A DNA stretch of 64,000 nucleotides from Octopus sinensis (lineage: Eukaryota), in the NCBI RefSeq assembly GCF_006345805.1, contig NC_043003.1:96906001-96970000 (forward strand), written 5' to 3'. How positions within the stretch are numbered: the stretch's first letter is position 1; every line of letters begins with the position of its first letter. Position numbers and translations under genes: made by a program. Under the pieces are notes generated by a model that worked only from the letters and a program-made list of their open reading frames with translations, searched no databases and was not told the origin of the DNA. Positions 13,891 to 26,951 of the stretch are shown here, piece by piece.

Positions 13891-14122
13891 GTTTAGGGAC
13901 CGATTGAACAAGTGATGTGTTTATTTACATTATTTGTCCTCATCTTGTTTGTTGTTAACACAGCGTTTCGGCTGATATATCCGCCAACCTTGGAAATTTC
14001 GAACCTGAGTTATAATTACTAATGTATTTTCCGATGATATTATTATTATTATTATATTATTATTATTATTATTATTATTATATTATTATTATTATTATTA
14101 TTATCATTATTATTATTCGGAT

Positions 14123-14190
14123 CACTGCTTGGAAACGAATTCGGAATCTTGGGATTAGTAGCCCGCGCTCTTAACCACTATGCCATAGTG
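14123..14190 (-). pseudogene. tRNA-like sequence inside the PLE 3' region
   Basis: A box TGGCATAGTGG, degenerate B box GAATTCGTTTCC, 7-nt loop CTACTAA, and CACT/AGTG acceptor-like ends. Confidence 0.55.
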
Positions 14191-14342
14191 GTTATGGAGT
14201 GAATTTTAGGGCTTATACATCTAATATTCTCCTATCCTTCCTTAATACCGGTTCCCATATACTATTCATATCTGCACTCGGTCTGCTTAGGAGGTTGTGT
14301 CCTAGCATATGTGCTACTTCTTTTAGTTTTCGTACTTTCCAG

Positions 14343-14681
14343 CCGATATACAGCCGCCTCCGATCGGAAGAGGAGCGGCCCGTTTCGCCCGTTCCGAGTT
14401 CGAGAGTAGATCGAGGCCGTCAACGTCCCGGAGCCTCCAGTCGTTAACTTTACCGGACAGAATTGCGTGTCGTTCTCCCGCTGGCGCCAGCTATCTTGAG
14501 GGAAACTTTGGAGGGAACCAGCTAATAGACGGCTCGATTGGTCTTTTGCCCCTACACCCGGTTCCAACGATCGATTTGCACGTCAGAGGTGTTTCGGACT
14601 TCCACCAGAGTTTCCTCTGGCTTCGTCCCGACCGGGCGTGGATCGCCATCTTTCGGGTCCACGGCCTCCTGCTACACCTGA
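14343..14681 (-). pseudogene. dispersed 28S rRNA fragment
   Basis: Conserved LSU blocks GACCCGAAAGATGG, GAAGCCAGAGGAAACTCTGGTGGA, CTGACGTGCAAATCG, AGCTGGTTCCCTCC.AAGTTTCCCTCA.GATAGCTGG and CCGGTAAAG. Confidence 0.9.
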
Positions 14682-15978
14682 GCTGCATGGGATGGAGTAC
14701 ACGCAGCCTTTGGTTATATTCTCTTCTATTGGTGGTTTTACACGAAGGAGATATTTGCGAAGTGTTGTATTACTCTTGAATACTTTCCTGTTGTCATATG
14801 GGCCGCATATCTTTTGTATCTTATCGAAGAGGATAAATAGGGTATAGCTGATCATGTATGAAAAAAAAAAAGATAGTTGAACGTGCATCTAAATGCAGTC
14901 ATTGCAGTGTAGTATATACATCATACAAAAAAACAAAAAACAAAAAAAAAAACAAATAAGAGAAATAAACATTAGTTGGTAAAGATACAATATGATGCAG
15001 AATACGCATTTCCACCCCAATTCAATATTAGTTATAGTGACTAAATTTATACCAGAATAAAATGCAATAGAGAAGGTAAGTGGAGGTGTAAGTGGAGAAA
15101 GCAGGATACAAGAGTAATAACACGTGGAAAATAACTATTCCCATGGTATAAATTTTCAGAGTACATGCTTGTAACAAATGGTGGTACAAAAATAATTCAA
15201 GAGCCTTATGCTTGGGACGTTGGTGTAAACTTTTATAATGAAGAGATGATATTAGTTTGTTAAACCATGTGTATTAATATGGTATTCGTACTGTCCCTTT
15301 ATAAAAGATAAAAATAAACGTCTAGAGAATTTGAGCTTAATTTGAGCGATAAAGTGTAAAGTCTTCTATCGTCTTCTTTCATCGCATCCATATTCATTAT
15401 GTGAAGGTAAACCCCCGAATCTGATATAACTGATAATGGTCTTATTTGGCAGCAATTACTCAATAAGAGGCTTTGGTAAATTCACTCGCCGTGAACCAAG
15501 TAGAATGTAACCTTTGGAGTACTTTATTTTCATCTGAGAGTTAGAAAAATTGGGGTTTTGTCACTTAAACTAAAGTCGAGCAAAAGAAAAGTATTGAAAT
15601 GGTAAGGCGATGGTAAGGAAGTTAAAAGCCGAAAGAAACTAATGATGTGCGAGTTGAAGAGGAGGAAATATGAAAATTAAAGTGAGGAGATAGAAAGATC
15701 AGCACTGCAAACAAGGCAATATGGAAAATAGATATATTAAATAAAAATGGCGGAAAAGAGGATTGGTAAAAATAGAAGGATCAGTAGACAATGAACAACT
15801 TCACCTAAAAAAAAAAAATTGCTATTTGTGTATAAGTTTTCTTTTAGAATCATTCAAATTATATTTTCAAGGCGTAAATACGAGACAGTGTAATAATACT
15901 GCAGTTGTCAGATGTTCTAACCGTGTAAGTTCAGAGAAAAACCTTTAAATGATTATGGAAACTGCGTCGTTAGGTTAA

Positions 15979-16198
15979 CCCTTTGCCTGTCCAAAGCATT
16001 TTCATAAGTATATCTTAAACGTTCATGCTTGCTTTCAGACATTTAGTTAGCTCTTATTTTATACGTTCTGAGTAATACAAAGCTTTCCTTTCGAAAGTAC
16101 CAAGTTATTCTAATGGCTGAAAACTGGGAATGTGGATCATATATGATGCATGGACGCCAAGAAATATATCCAGTGTATCAAATATGATAGGCAAAGGG
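15979..16198. mobile_element. piggyBac-type MITE
   Basis: TTAA on both sides; TIRs CCCTTTGCCTGTC / GATAGGCAAAGGG; related copies at ~34270-34890. Confidence 0.75.
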
Positions 16199-16663
16199 TT
16201 AAATTTGGCTCTGCAAATCGCCACGCATTTTTCTTCATATCAAAATTAATAACTTAACTGTGTCCGTTCAAATAAATAATGACACGAGACTCCTACTCAT
16301 GGTTGAAATAACTTCATCGCCAGTACTTCATGCTTGGAGGAATACAAACATGAAATGAACAAAGCAAAGATTAGTATTTAAGAATTTGTCATCTGTGACT
16401 AACAAGTAGGAGAATCAATCTGTGTACGAAGATAAAACATGCAATATTTGCATCATTTCTGGAACGATGGGAATTAGCATTACTACTCGAAGATTTTGGT
16501 CAGAAAGCATTTTGCAAGCAACTACATTGCAGCATTACACGAACGATAGGTACCTTGAATAAGATCTTCCTTTAAAAGAAATCTTCCTTTGTAAAACTAA
16601 TCGAATTCTTGTTAAATGAAATGGATTATACATTGTGCTGCAGTTTAAGTCCTCAAGTTGTCC

Positions 16664-16920
16664 TTCTTCTTCTTCTTCTTCTTCTTTCTTCTTCTTCTTC
16701 TTCTTCTTCTTCTTCTTTTCTTCTTCTTCTTCTTCTTCTTCTTCTTCTTCTCCTCCTCCTCCTCCTCCTCCACCACCTCATCATCATCATCATCATCATC
16801 ATCGTCATCATCAACATCATCATCATCATCCTCATCATTATCATCATCATTATCATCATCATCATCGTCATCGTTGTTGTCGTCGTCGTCGTCATCATCA
16901 TTTATTACAATTATTATTAA
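16664..16920. repeat. compound (CTT)(CCT)(CAT)(CGT)(ATT) microsatellite
   Basis: Read directly from the sequence. Confidence 0.95.
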
Positions 16921-17379
16921 TAGTAATTTGCAGAATTACAAATGCATCGGACAAAATTCTATGCGTCCTTTCTCCCGGATCTTTACGCTCTGAGTTTAAA
17001 CAAATCCCAAGGAACTCAACTTTGCCTTTCATTCTTTCGTGGTCGATAAAATAAAGTACTAAGCAAGTAATGGAGCCGAAATCAAGTACTGCGAGTTGAA
17101 AAGACGGGAGTATTAGAACCAGTGAGAAATATGGGAGTTAGTGCCGCAAGCAAGACAATATGAAAAATGAACATATTTAATTAAAGGAGCAACAAAAGGG
17201 GCTGGTACAAATACAGGGATAATAAGCAGGTGCACCTGCTTATTCACATATTAATTTCCTTTGCCGTGGCTATAAGAAAAATCCGCTTCATTGTACCTTA
17301 ATTTTTTATGACTTGTTAGTGAACCGTTGCCGTTCACATATGAGTAATGACGAACATTCTCATCCTCATAGCCACGGTT

Positions 17380-17740
17380 GTGGAGCATCAGGTTCAACAA
17401 CCACTCCACACCACACACTGTAGCCATAGACACCACCAGGATCCTCCCTGTCCGCTACTTGATGTCTACGATCCATCTTCGTCTTTGACGCTGGTGATCC
17501 CGTTTTCTGTCAAGAAAAGAAAGAAGTTCGGTAAGAAGGTTATGTTCCACCTGTCTGCACCAACAAAGGAGATGATGCGGAGGTTAGTAAATGATCTCGG
17601 TTGGACTGCTGCATACACCAGCGGCCAGTAGCTAAATAACTTTCGTTATACTGATGAAGTGCTGATTGCTACTTCGTTGGCTGAGTTCCAAAGATTGATT
17701 GGCAAAGTTACTGAAGCCTGTTGCGATTTTCAGCCAAAAA
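17380..17740. mobile_element. RTE-like LINE fragments
   Basis: Plus strand gives LNNFRYTDEVLIATSLAEFQRLIGKV (YADD region); the minus strand has an RRWI..DR..W-like 3' motif. Confidence 0.5.
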
Positions 17741-18764
17741 CAAAAGCACCATATGGATCAAGACCCTGGTAGCCACCAGAGAAGCATAGCAGCTTACCAT
17801 ATGATGTCAATAAGTAATATTCCTTTGATTATACCTAATTATTATTGTCTTTTGATTATACTTAATCATGATTGTTTTGTATTACAATCCAAACGTATTT
17901 ATTTTTTCGAATCCACACTTCATTGTAAAAGGATATGATAATGGAAAACTTGAGAACATACTACGTTTAGTTTCATTTGTCTTCCTAACAGACTTTGAGC
18001 TGATTACTTTAGCTGTAGTTTAGGCTCAGGTATAAATTTTTTCGGCTTTTTTTTTCTTTTTCTTCTTTGACACGTAGAACAATTTCTTTGAGGAAATTTT
18101 TTATCTCTCAATAATTGATATATCACTTTCCATGCCTTCATATTTCGCAATTATCCTTTGAGGACAAAATAGAAAGTAACAGGCAGAGTTAATAACTGCC
18201 TTTATAAATTGATGTTTGATTGATATCTTACTAACGAATCTGAATGAATTTGAATAAACCAATTAGTAAGTTGTCCTATATTTAATTTCCTAGTCCATTT
18301 CGCCCCTATTTCGCTGACACAATTCCTTGAAAACAGCAATCTACATGTGATGTGTCAATTTTTAACTATCTTATTCGAGTTGCTTTATAATAGTTATTGC
18401 ATCTTAGATTTCAGAATGTTTGTCTAGTGTTTTTTTTTTTTTTTAAACAGGTCTCTACGCCTCTTCTATTTAATTGGTTAATGTACTTTAAAATGGACAG
18501 AGAATTGAGAAGTGTGATGTGTAAGAATGTTGTATGTTACATACCGGAAATTGGTCAGTCAATCTCTATTTAGATAGGAGTAACACAATTATTAGGGAGG
18601 AAAGTAATTTTATATTTAGCATATTTTCTGGCTTGTAATGATCTCCTTTAGTGCAAGGTGTAGATTCAAGGGTTTCAATTATTTTTTTTTATGAGAAACT
18701 TTTCCTGTTTATATCATAGTATATTATACCGTTTCAATATATGTTTCAATATTGGTAGTGAACG

Positions 18765-19440
18765 TAAGGCGGCGAGCAGGCAGAAACGTTAGGCGATATG
18801 CTTAGGGTTATTTCGTCTGTCTTTACATTCTGAGTTCAAATTCCACCGAGGTCGACTTTGCCTTTCATCTTCTCGGGGTCGATAAATTAAGTACCAGTTG
18901 CGTACTGGAGTCGGTCTAATCGGCTGGCCCTTCCCCCAAAATTTTGGCCTTGTGCCGAGAGTAGAAAAGAATATTTTAAAGGGGGCGAGCTAGCAGAAAC
19001 GTTGGCACGCCGGGAGAAATTTCAGTCCTTGTGTCTAGAGTAGAAAGGATTATTGTTAATAAATTTTTCTTTGATCTGAGTTCAATTTCCGATGAGGTCA
19101 ACTTTACATTTTATCCTTTCGATAAAACAAAGTACCACTGAAGTACTGGGGTCGATGTAATCGACTTGTCCCGCTCCATGTCTCAAAATTATGGCCTTGA
19201 ACCATAATTAGAAAGAAATTATTATGAGTGAATAATGACAGTGAATAACCAGGAGTAGCGAAAAAAATGATTTACAGTATTTCTTCCGACTCCTAACATT
19301 CTAAGTTCAAATCTTTCTCAGCTCAACTTTTCATTTTATCCTTTCGGGCGTTGATCAAATATGAATCACATACTGAGATCTGTGTAATCAACTAATATCC
19401 TATACTTAGTTTTCTAGTCCTGTGCTCTAGCTACAAATAA
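18765..19440 (+). mobile_element. cluster of Meta-like SINE copies
   Basis: One well-preserved copy (18765-18970) and three partial or degenerate copies in the same orientation. Confidence 0.75.
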
Positions 19441-19942
19441 GTCAGAAATGTTTTTCATTTTTTTTCAACTGTAATTTTAAGGTTCCGTCGTCATATTTTA
19501 AATTGACTGAGAATTATCTCCAAGAATCATCTCCACTTTTCTAAACGTAGTCTTGAGTATCTTTTCTTCTATCGTATCACTTCTTATACCTTTTCTTGGG
19601 TACCTTTTCTTCTGTCGCTATTTTCTATATTTTACATAGTTTCTTGTAAATCCGTTATGGATTTGCTTAGAACATTTCAATATGGCTCAGTGGTTGCAGT
19701 GTTAGGGTCACAATCGTAAGGTCGTTGGTTCCATTTAAGGTTTGGATGAGGCTTTATGTGTCCTTCAGCAAGGCACTGCATATTATGTTGCTTTAGTCTA
19801 TTCATCTGAAATGAAAATCAACTGAGTGCTATTGCAGCTCTCTCTCATTTCAGCTATCGCGTCCTAGAGTCTCCGGATTAGAAAGGCATGTCAAGCAATT
19901 AGTGAAAGCATGGTACATTCTACCAAATCATACACACCCAGT

Positions 19943-20126
<184 letters not shown>

Positions 20127-20189
20127 ATACATTGTAGCTGTCTACTCCTTATGCAGAGTTTGACCACCTCCTGTACCTACACGTTAGAA

Positions 20190-20495
20190 CCATCATGACA
20201 TCTGATGTGGCTTTTTAAACCAGACAATGTTTTGAAAAGACACCCGCATACATTGCATATCCGATTTGGACCATCAAGATCTTCAGTTAAGTTCTGATCT
20301 TTGTGGATCTTAAAATGTCTTTTAAAGCCTCCGTTACATTTGCAGACCTTCCGGCATACATTGCATTGAAAGGTGTGTACCTACATATAGGCAGAGTAGT
20401 TGGTGGAAGTTCGTTTTCCATGGGCTCGCAAATGAAATTTGAGCCCAGAAAAAGAAAGGCACGGTCTATCACAAACTGTGCATCTACATACATGC
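20190..20495 (-). mobile_element. LINE (probably RTE) C-terminal double C2H2 zinc-finger fragment
   Basis: Minus frame [45 protein letters not shown]; a second copy is at 62335-62472 (+). Confidence 0.6.
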
Positions 20496-20497
20496 AT

Positions 20498-20850
20498 TCT
20501 TTTACTTGTTTCAGTCATTTGACTGTGGCCATGCTGGTGCATCGTCTTAAAGGGTTTTAGTTGAAGAACTGGACCCCAGGACTTATTCTGTGTAAGCCTA
20601 GAACTTATTCTATCGGTCTCTTTTGCCGAACCGCTAGGTTACGGGGACATAAATATACCAGCATCAGTTGTCAAGCGATGGCGGGGAAACAAACACAGAC
20701 ACACATTCACATAAATATATACGACGGGCTTCTTTTAGTTTCCGTCTACCAAGCCCACTCACAAGGTTTTGGTTGGTCCCAGGCTATAGCAGAAAACACT
20801 TGCCCAAGGTGCTACCCTGTGGGACTGAACCCAGGACCATGTGGTTTGAA
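20498..20850 (-). mobile_element. abundant tRNA-derived SINE
   Basis: Homologous to 9435-9849. Confidence 0.85.
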
Positions 20851-20930
20851 GCAACACACACACACACGCATACACACATTTCACTAGATAGAGTGTTTTT
20901 ATTGATCTTACTTTAATGGAACAGTAACCC

Positions 20931-21127
20931 ATACATACATACATACATACATACATACATACATACATACATACATACATACATACATACATACATAAAT
21001 ACATGCATGCATGCATACATACATACATACATACATACATACATACATACATACATACATACATACATACATACATACATACATGCATGCATGCATACAT
21101 ACATACATACATACATACATACATACA

Positions 21128-21155
<28 letters not shown>
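20931..21155. repeat. (ATAC)n repeat
   Basis: Read directly from the sequence. Confidence 0.95.
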
Positions 21156-21162
<7 letters not shown>

Positions 21163-21982
21163 GTGTGCGTTGATATAATATGGTTTCTCGTCCACTTGTA
21201 TGTTGTTGCCGGCACTGTAGTACTCTTGTCGCCACTACTATGTTGTGGCGGTATTCCGCGTCTTCTTACCTTTAGCTGGTCCATCGTGTTTTCGCTAATA
21301 GCTCCGCTAAACAATGACTTTGAAACGTCTACCTTGACGGTAACTCGAACCCGTGTATAACACATAACTGACACTAGATGCAACTGAGAAACTCTTACTA
21401 TGTATGTGGACAGATAGGTAAGAAGGTAGGTAGGTAGGTATGCATACATTCATGCATACATAGATATATGTATGAATATATCTATGTGCGTGCCTTTATG
21501 TTTCTGTTATGTCTGTCTATCATCATCATCACCACCACCACCACCACCACCATCACCGCTTGATAACCGGTGTTGGCTTCTTTACGTCCACCTAATCTGG
21601 CGTTTCTGTAAACAAGAAGCAGATAGAGTAAGTACAGGGGTCGATTTATCTAAGTAAACTCTTGAAGATGATGCCCCAGCATGACCACTGTTCAATGAGT
21701 AAAACAAGTAGACAACAGAATGCATTGGTCTATTAGGAGTATTTATCTTGAAAGAGATTTACTACAGCGAAGGTCTTTGTCAATAGCTTTATTTTAATCA
21801 TCGCTGATTACTGCTTTAATCACTTTCTTGAATAATTGTATTAACTCTGTTTCCCTAATTACTCGCTTAGAGTCACCTTTTATGAGGATCATCGTGTGAA
21901 CTGCTTATTTTTACAGTTTATTTTATGTGAACATTTGGTTTGATACGACAGTCTCAAGTAGATGGAAATATTATAAGATAGT

Positions 21983-22391
21983 TACTCTTTTAAACTTTTA
22001 CTTGTTTCAGTCATTTGATTGTGGCCATGCTGGAGCACCGCCTTTAGTCGAGCAAATCGACCCCAGGACATATTCTTTGTAAGCCTAGTACTTATTCTAT
22101 CGGTCTCGTTTACCGAACTGCTAAGTTACGAGGACGTAAACACACCAGCATCGGTTGTCAAGCGATGGAGGGGGAACAAACACAGACACACAAACATATA
22201 CACACACATACATATATACATATATACGACGGGCTGCTTTCAGTTTCTGTCTACCAAATCTACTCACAAGGTTTTGGTCGGCCCGAGGCTATAGTAGAAG
22301 ACACTTGATCAAAGTGCCACGCAGTGGGACTGAACCAGGAACCATGTGGTTGGTAAGCAAGCTACTTACCACACAGCCCCACCTACGCCTA
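21983..22391 (-). mobile_element. abundant tRNA-derived SINE, full length
   Basis: Homologous to 9435-9849. Confidence 0.9.
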
Positions 22392-22419
22392 ATTGTTTAA
22401 ATGTCTTTCATGATTATGT

Positions 22420-22530
22420 TTTTTCTACACATGGTTCCGGGTTCAATCCCTCTGCATAGCACTTTAAACAAGTGTTTCCTATTTTGAATTTTGATAGTCG
22501 GAAACTGAAAGAAACCCATCAGATATGTAT

Positions 22531-22567
<37 letters not shown>

Positions 22568-22880
22568 CACATACACACACATGTGTGTGTGCATATATAC
22601 ATATATTTGTTTGTGTGTGTGCATATATCTATACATGCACACATACACACACACACACATACATATATGTATGTATATATCTATCTGTGTTTTTGATTCT
22701 CCGCAACAACCGGTGTTAGTTTGTTTACGTCCACGTAACGTAGTGGTTCGGCAAGAGAAACCAATAGAATAAGTACCATCTTTAAAATAAATTAGTAGTA
22801 GGATCGATTAGTTCGACTAAAAGCCCTGAAGGTGGTGCCCTAATATGGCTGCATTCCAATGACTGAAAAAAGCAAAACAA
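22420..22880 (+). mobile_element. abundant tRNA-derived SINE, older copy with expanded internal microsatellite
   Basis: CATGGTTCCGGGTTCAATCCC..GGAAACTGAAAGAAACCC, then (CA/TG)n, then CAACCGGTGTT..ATGACTGAAA. Confidence 0.7.
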
Positions 22881-23834
22881 AAAAAAAACAACTTAAAATG
22901 AGATAATTTTATATTAGGGTATTTCTCTTTGAGGGCATTTATGGCAGCAAAGGTCTTTGTACATACTTTGCTTTAGTCATCATTGCTTAGTTTGTATTCA
23001 ATATATTTCTTCAAATAATGATATAAATCGATTACTCTAATTATTCGTTCAGACTCACTGTTTTTTTAATGATTTTTGCCATGAAATTTTCTTGTATATT
23101 TCCTTTTACTTGTTTCACTTATTCGACTGTAAAAAGGTCGAGAAACTCCCTTAAAAGGTTTGGTTGAACAAATCAGCTCCAGTGGTTATTTTAAAAAAAT
23201 CCAAGTACTTATTCTATCAATCTTTTTCTCGAATCGCTAAGTTACGGGGGCGAAAGCAAATTAGCACAAGTTGTGAAGCAGTGATGGGAGACAAACGATA
23301 GACATTAAGACACAAATACATAGATACACACACACACACACACACACTTGCACGCACACACACGCACACACATAGATGCATGTCTATATGGATGGAATCA
23401 TTAGTTGATTGTTTAGTCGTCCCGCATAATTTCCTTTTCTTTCTAGATGCTTCCATTTCCCTGTTGTTCCTATTATTTATGAGAAGCTTGAGATATCTGT
23501 AGTTGTCTCTATTATTATTTCAAGTCAACTCAGGTCGAAAAGAACCTATGTCATGCACTTAGTCAACCAAACGATAATGAGCAGCCATATTGTTTGTACG
23601 TCATTGTTGTTTTCTGCTTTCAAAATCTGGTAACTGTTAGAGTGGTCTAAATATATTCGTGTCATGTTTCGTTGTTTTCTTTACTCTCTCTTTCATGTGT
23701 GCTGCGAATGATGTAGGGATATTGTAGTCAAGTACTAATATTTTTGGCTTTTCTGCGTGCAGTATATATACATACCCAAACACACACACGTACATATGTA
23801 TGTATACCTGTGTGTATATGTGCGTATGTATGTA

Positions 23835-23899
<65 letters not shown>

Positions 23900-23910
23900 A
23901 TGTATATATA

Positions 23911-23972
<62 letters not shown>

Positions 23973-24112
23973 TAGGCTGAGTATATACATATAGGCGCAT
24001 GTACGTGGTTGTGCGGGCCCGCATGTGTATCTATGGACATGCTCGCTTACGCGATTACTATGAGCATTTTACTCCCTTACCTTACTTAGCGGTCATTTTC
24101 ATAGAATCTTTT

Positions 24113-24157
<45 letters not shown>

Positions 24158-25364
24158 CATTGTGCGAAGTAGTTAAGAAAGGAGACTTGATTTGGTTGGA
24201 GCTATTTAACTCCCTTGTTTGGTAGTCAGTTTTCTGGGTGGTTCGTGAAAAACTGGAATTATTGTGCTGCTGCGTCTGTAGGTATATGAGTAAAAATTTA
24301 GAATGACGTGCTTGTGGGGCTTTGTGCAACTTAATGTGGTTTGAGAATATCATGTTATCGGTGGGAAAGGAAAGGATAAAATGACAAATCTGCACTGCAC
24401 TATGCAGAACAAGTGTAAATTCTGGAAGTGGTGTAATTTTGTACATTGGTGACCTGACAGTTGTTTACAAGCCAGCGCTTTGTGTTGTTTCTTAAGATGG
24501 TTTATAAGCAGATAATGAGAAATGGACTTGACTAGTTTATTGATATCGAAGGTAGACTAGCATATGCGGAAGTTAGCTTTTGTTGTTGAGACCCACATGT
24601 GTTAACTTCTTGAGATGTGTAGTGGTTATGCGTAATGATCCGAATCGGTGTTTTCATTGCAAGAGAATATTGTCGTGGATTAAGGGTGTTGTGTATTAAC
24701 GTTTTAAAATATTTTAAGATGTGCATACTAAGGAGATAGGGCTGTAAGAAGTTAATTCACCTGGAGATTTGTTGGGCGTTACAATTATTGTGATTTTTCC
24801 TACTTCCTATACTCAAGGGTTTCAACAATACTGACACGATTTGTCGTAGTTGTTATTACTTTGTAGCGACATGTCATCTCTTGTTGAACAGTCCTGTAGG
24901 ATGCAGATAATCAACTAAATGACGTAACGCAACACATAAAGTTATCAACTCAGTTTAATTGTTTTTCCTTGTAGCTGAAGAGTATGCAGCTCACTCCGAT
25001 ATGCAGTACTGAATTGAACAGAAGTTAATTTGACAATTTAGAGAAATTTCTCCTTTTCTCTCCCTCTAACTTTCTCCCTTCCTCCTTACCTCTCTCTCTC
25101 TCATTCTCTCGATTTCATCTTACTGCTCAGATTATCTCTACACTCCCATCAAGTGTGTTCAGAAATACATTTCGGCCTTAGGTATTCTCAGTACACTTTT
25201 GTAATTTTTATCTTGCATTGCAGCTTTTGAGAAGGTTGTGCCTGAGTAGCGGAGTAACTGCATACTGCCAGTGGCTTCATGAGATATGCGTAGGGGCTGT
25301 ATTGTTTCATATTAACTCATATTAACTCATATGTTATATGTATCAAAAATTAGTTGTTAGGGTG

Positions 25365-26520
25365 TATTGACACCATCATCCAGAACATTCATTTACTAAA
25401 AAGGGACCATAGAATGGTTCAAATCCTCCAAACGCACACCGCCATAAAGAGCAAAAGACAATCCAAGTCAATGAAAAGTTTTCTAACACTCGTCAACAAC
25501 ATCGAAACTAACAGTAAGAAAAATGTGGCAGACCTAACTGTGGTATATATGTCAATTTAATTGAAGGATCGGAATTCTCTTTCAAACTGGGTCAACGTTT
25601 TACAGTGAAAAACAACTTCACATGTGCTTCGGAAAACATAATACATATATGAACTTGCTCAGAGTGTCGAGAACAATATACTGGTCAAACTAAAAGCACT
25701 CTACGCCAGAGGATGGCGGTTCATACATCCCAGATTAAAATACGAGAATACAGAAACATAGGATTAAGCGAGGACATCGATATTTGCGCCACTAACGAAC
25801 AACCCAACTTTAGAATCTTTTTCCTCTATAAACTCAGGGACAATGCAATCTATAATCAGCGCATTAGCAAAGAAGCATATCTTATCGCAAAATATAAACC
25901 TATTTTAAATGCCGCCACCTCCATAGATAAAACTACTACAATAATTTAGAACAATTTCAACCACTAATGCTACGACAACAACAGGTCACTTTTAGGTCAT
26001 TGACCATTAAAGAAAATTCTACAAACAATTTACTGTGTCACAGCACTCTGGTATGTTTCTCTTCTTTGTCCTTCTCCCTCTTCTTTCCCTATTCGTACTT
26101 CTCTTCCTCCTTCATCTTCTTCTCCTCCTCCTCCTCCGCCGCCGCCTCCTCCTCCTTCTTCTTCTTCTTCTTCTTCTTCTCCCTCAGTTGTTCCTGCTTC
26201 AACCATCAATTCTCTGCACCCAAACTATTCCTTCAGATTTACTACGAGGCATTCACAAAGAGAGAAAGACAGAGACAGAGAGACAGAGAGAGACAGAGAG
26301 ACAGACAGACTGAAGACTGTGGAAATATTTACCTATTTAAAGACTTTGGAAATACCTACAAAGTATTTCACTTGATTTTTTTTCTCCAATTTAATTGTTT
26401 TTCTTATTTTACTCTCTTAGTTGAAAATGTCTAAAAGGCTGGATCTGGTACTAAAAATGTACTTCATGAAAAATTATTTTACCATTTTCTACATAGTATT
26501 ATTTTCTTTATATATATACT
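25365..26520 (+). mobile_element. Penelope-like (Neptune-type) element, 3' fragment
   Basis: NFTCASENIIYI*TCSECREQYTGQTKSTLRQRMAVHTSQI..KEAYLIAKYKPILN (GIY-YIG endonuclease with a CxxC insert). Confidence 0.75.
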
Positions 26521-26525
26521 ATAGC

Positions 26526-26588
<63 letters not shown>

Positions 26589-26893
26589 TATGTTTATGTT
26601 TATGTTTTCCAGTTTCAGCTCTTGAGCTGTGGCCATGCTGGGGCACGTATATATATAGGTACACTATAGCTGTATGGTAGTATATATATGTATGTGTCTG
26701 TGCATGTATATGCATTTGCATATATACATATATGTGAATTAATGGAATAAAAAGGAAATAGAAATTGCGTAATCAGCTTCTGTGGCTTACATCTGTTTCT
26801 GTTATAAGGTAATTACATAAGCACTCAGCTTCGAGAGCAAAAGCTTCTTATAAACATACACAGACGCAAGCTCGTGCATAGACACGCACGCAA

Positions 26894-26951
<58 letters not shown>

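Larger units (their letters stand above)
13900..14850 (-). mobile_element. Penelope/Poseidon-like element 3' fragment, interrupted by 28S rRNA sequence
   Basis: KIQKICGPYD..FKSNTTLRKYLLRVKPP..KGCVYSIPCS (start of GIY-YIG) and WKVRKLKEVAHMLGHNLLSRPSADMNSIWEPVL (EN C-terminus); pLTR remnant TCAGCCGAAACG. Confidence 0.75.

Noticed and set aside
14343-14681. Functional rDNA locus
   Set aside because: Only an internal fragment embedded in a retroelement; no 18S, 5.8S or ITS context.
16609-17054. Long poly-amino-acid ORFs (also around 21000, 28400, 33800, 35165, 53200 and 63526)
   Set aside because: They are translations of stop-free microsatellites, not genes.
17651-17680. CTGATGA boxes here and at ~45494
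   Set aside because: They encode the degenerate YADD motif of RTE reverse transcriptase and have no ribozyme fold.
20190-20400. Host C2H2 zinc-finger gene exon
   Set aside because: No TGEKP linkers or splice context, and a second decayed copy at 62335 indicates a repeat-derived LINE C-terminus.
24150-25330. Possible very old PLE relic with inverted GTATGCAG..ACTCCG motifs
   Set aside because: Too degenerate to assign by eye.
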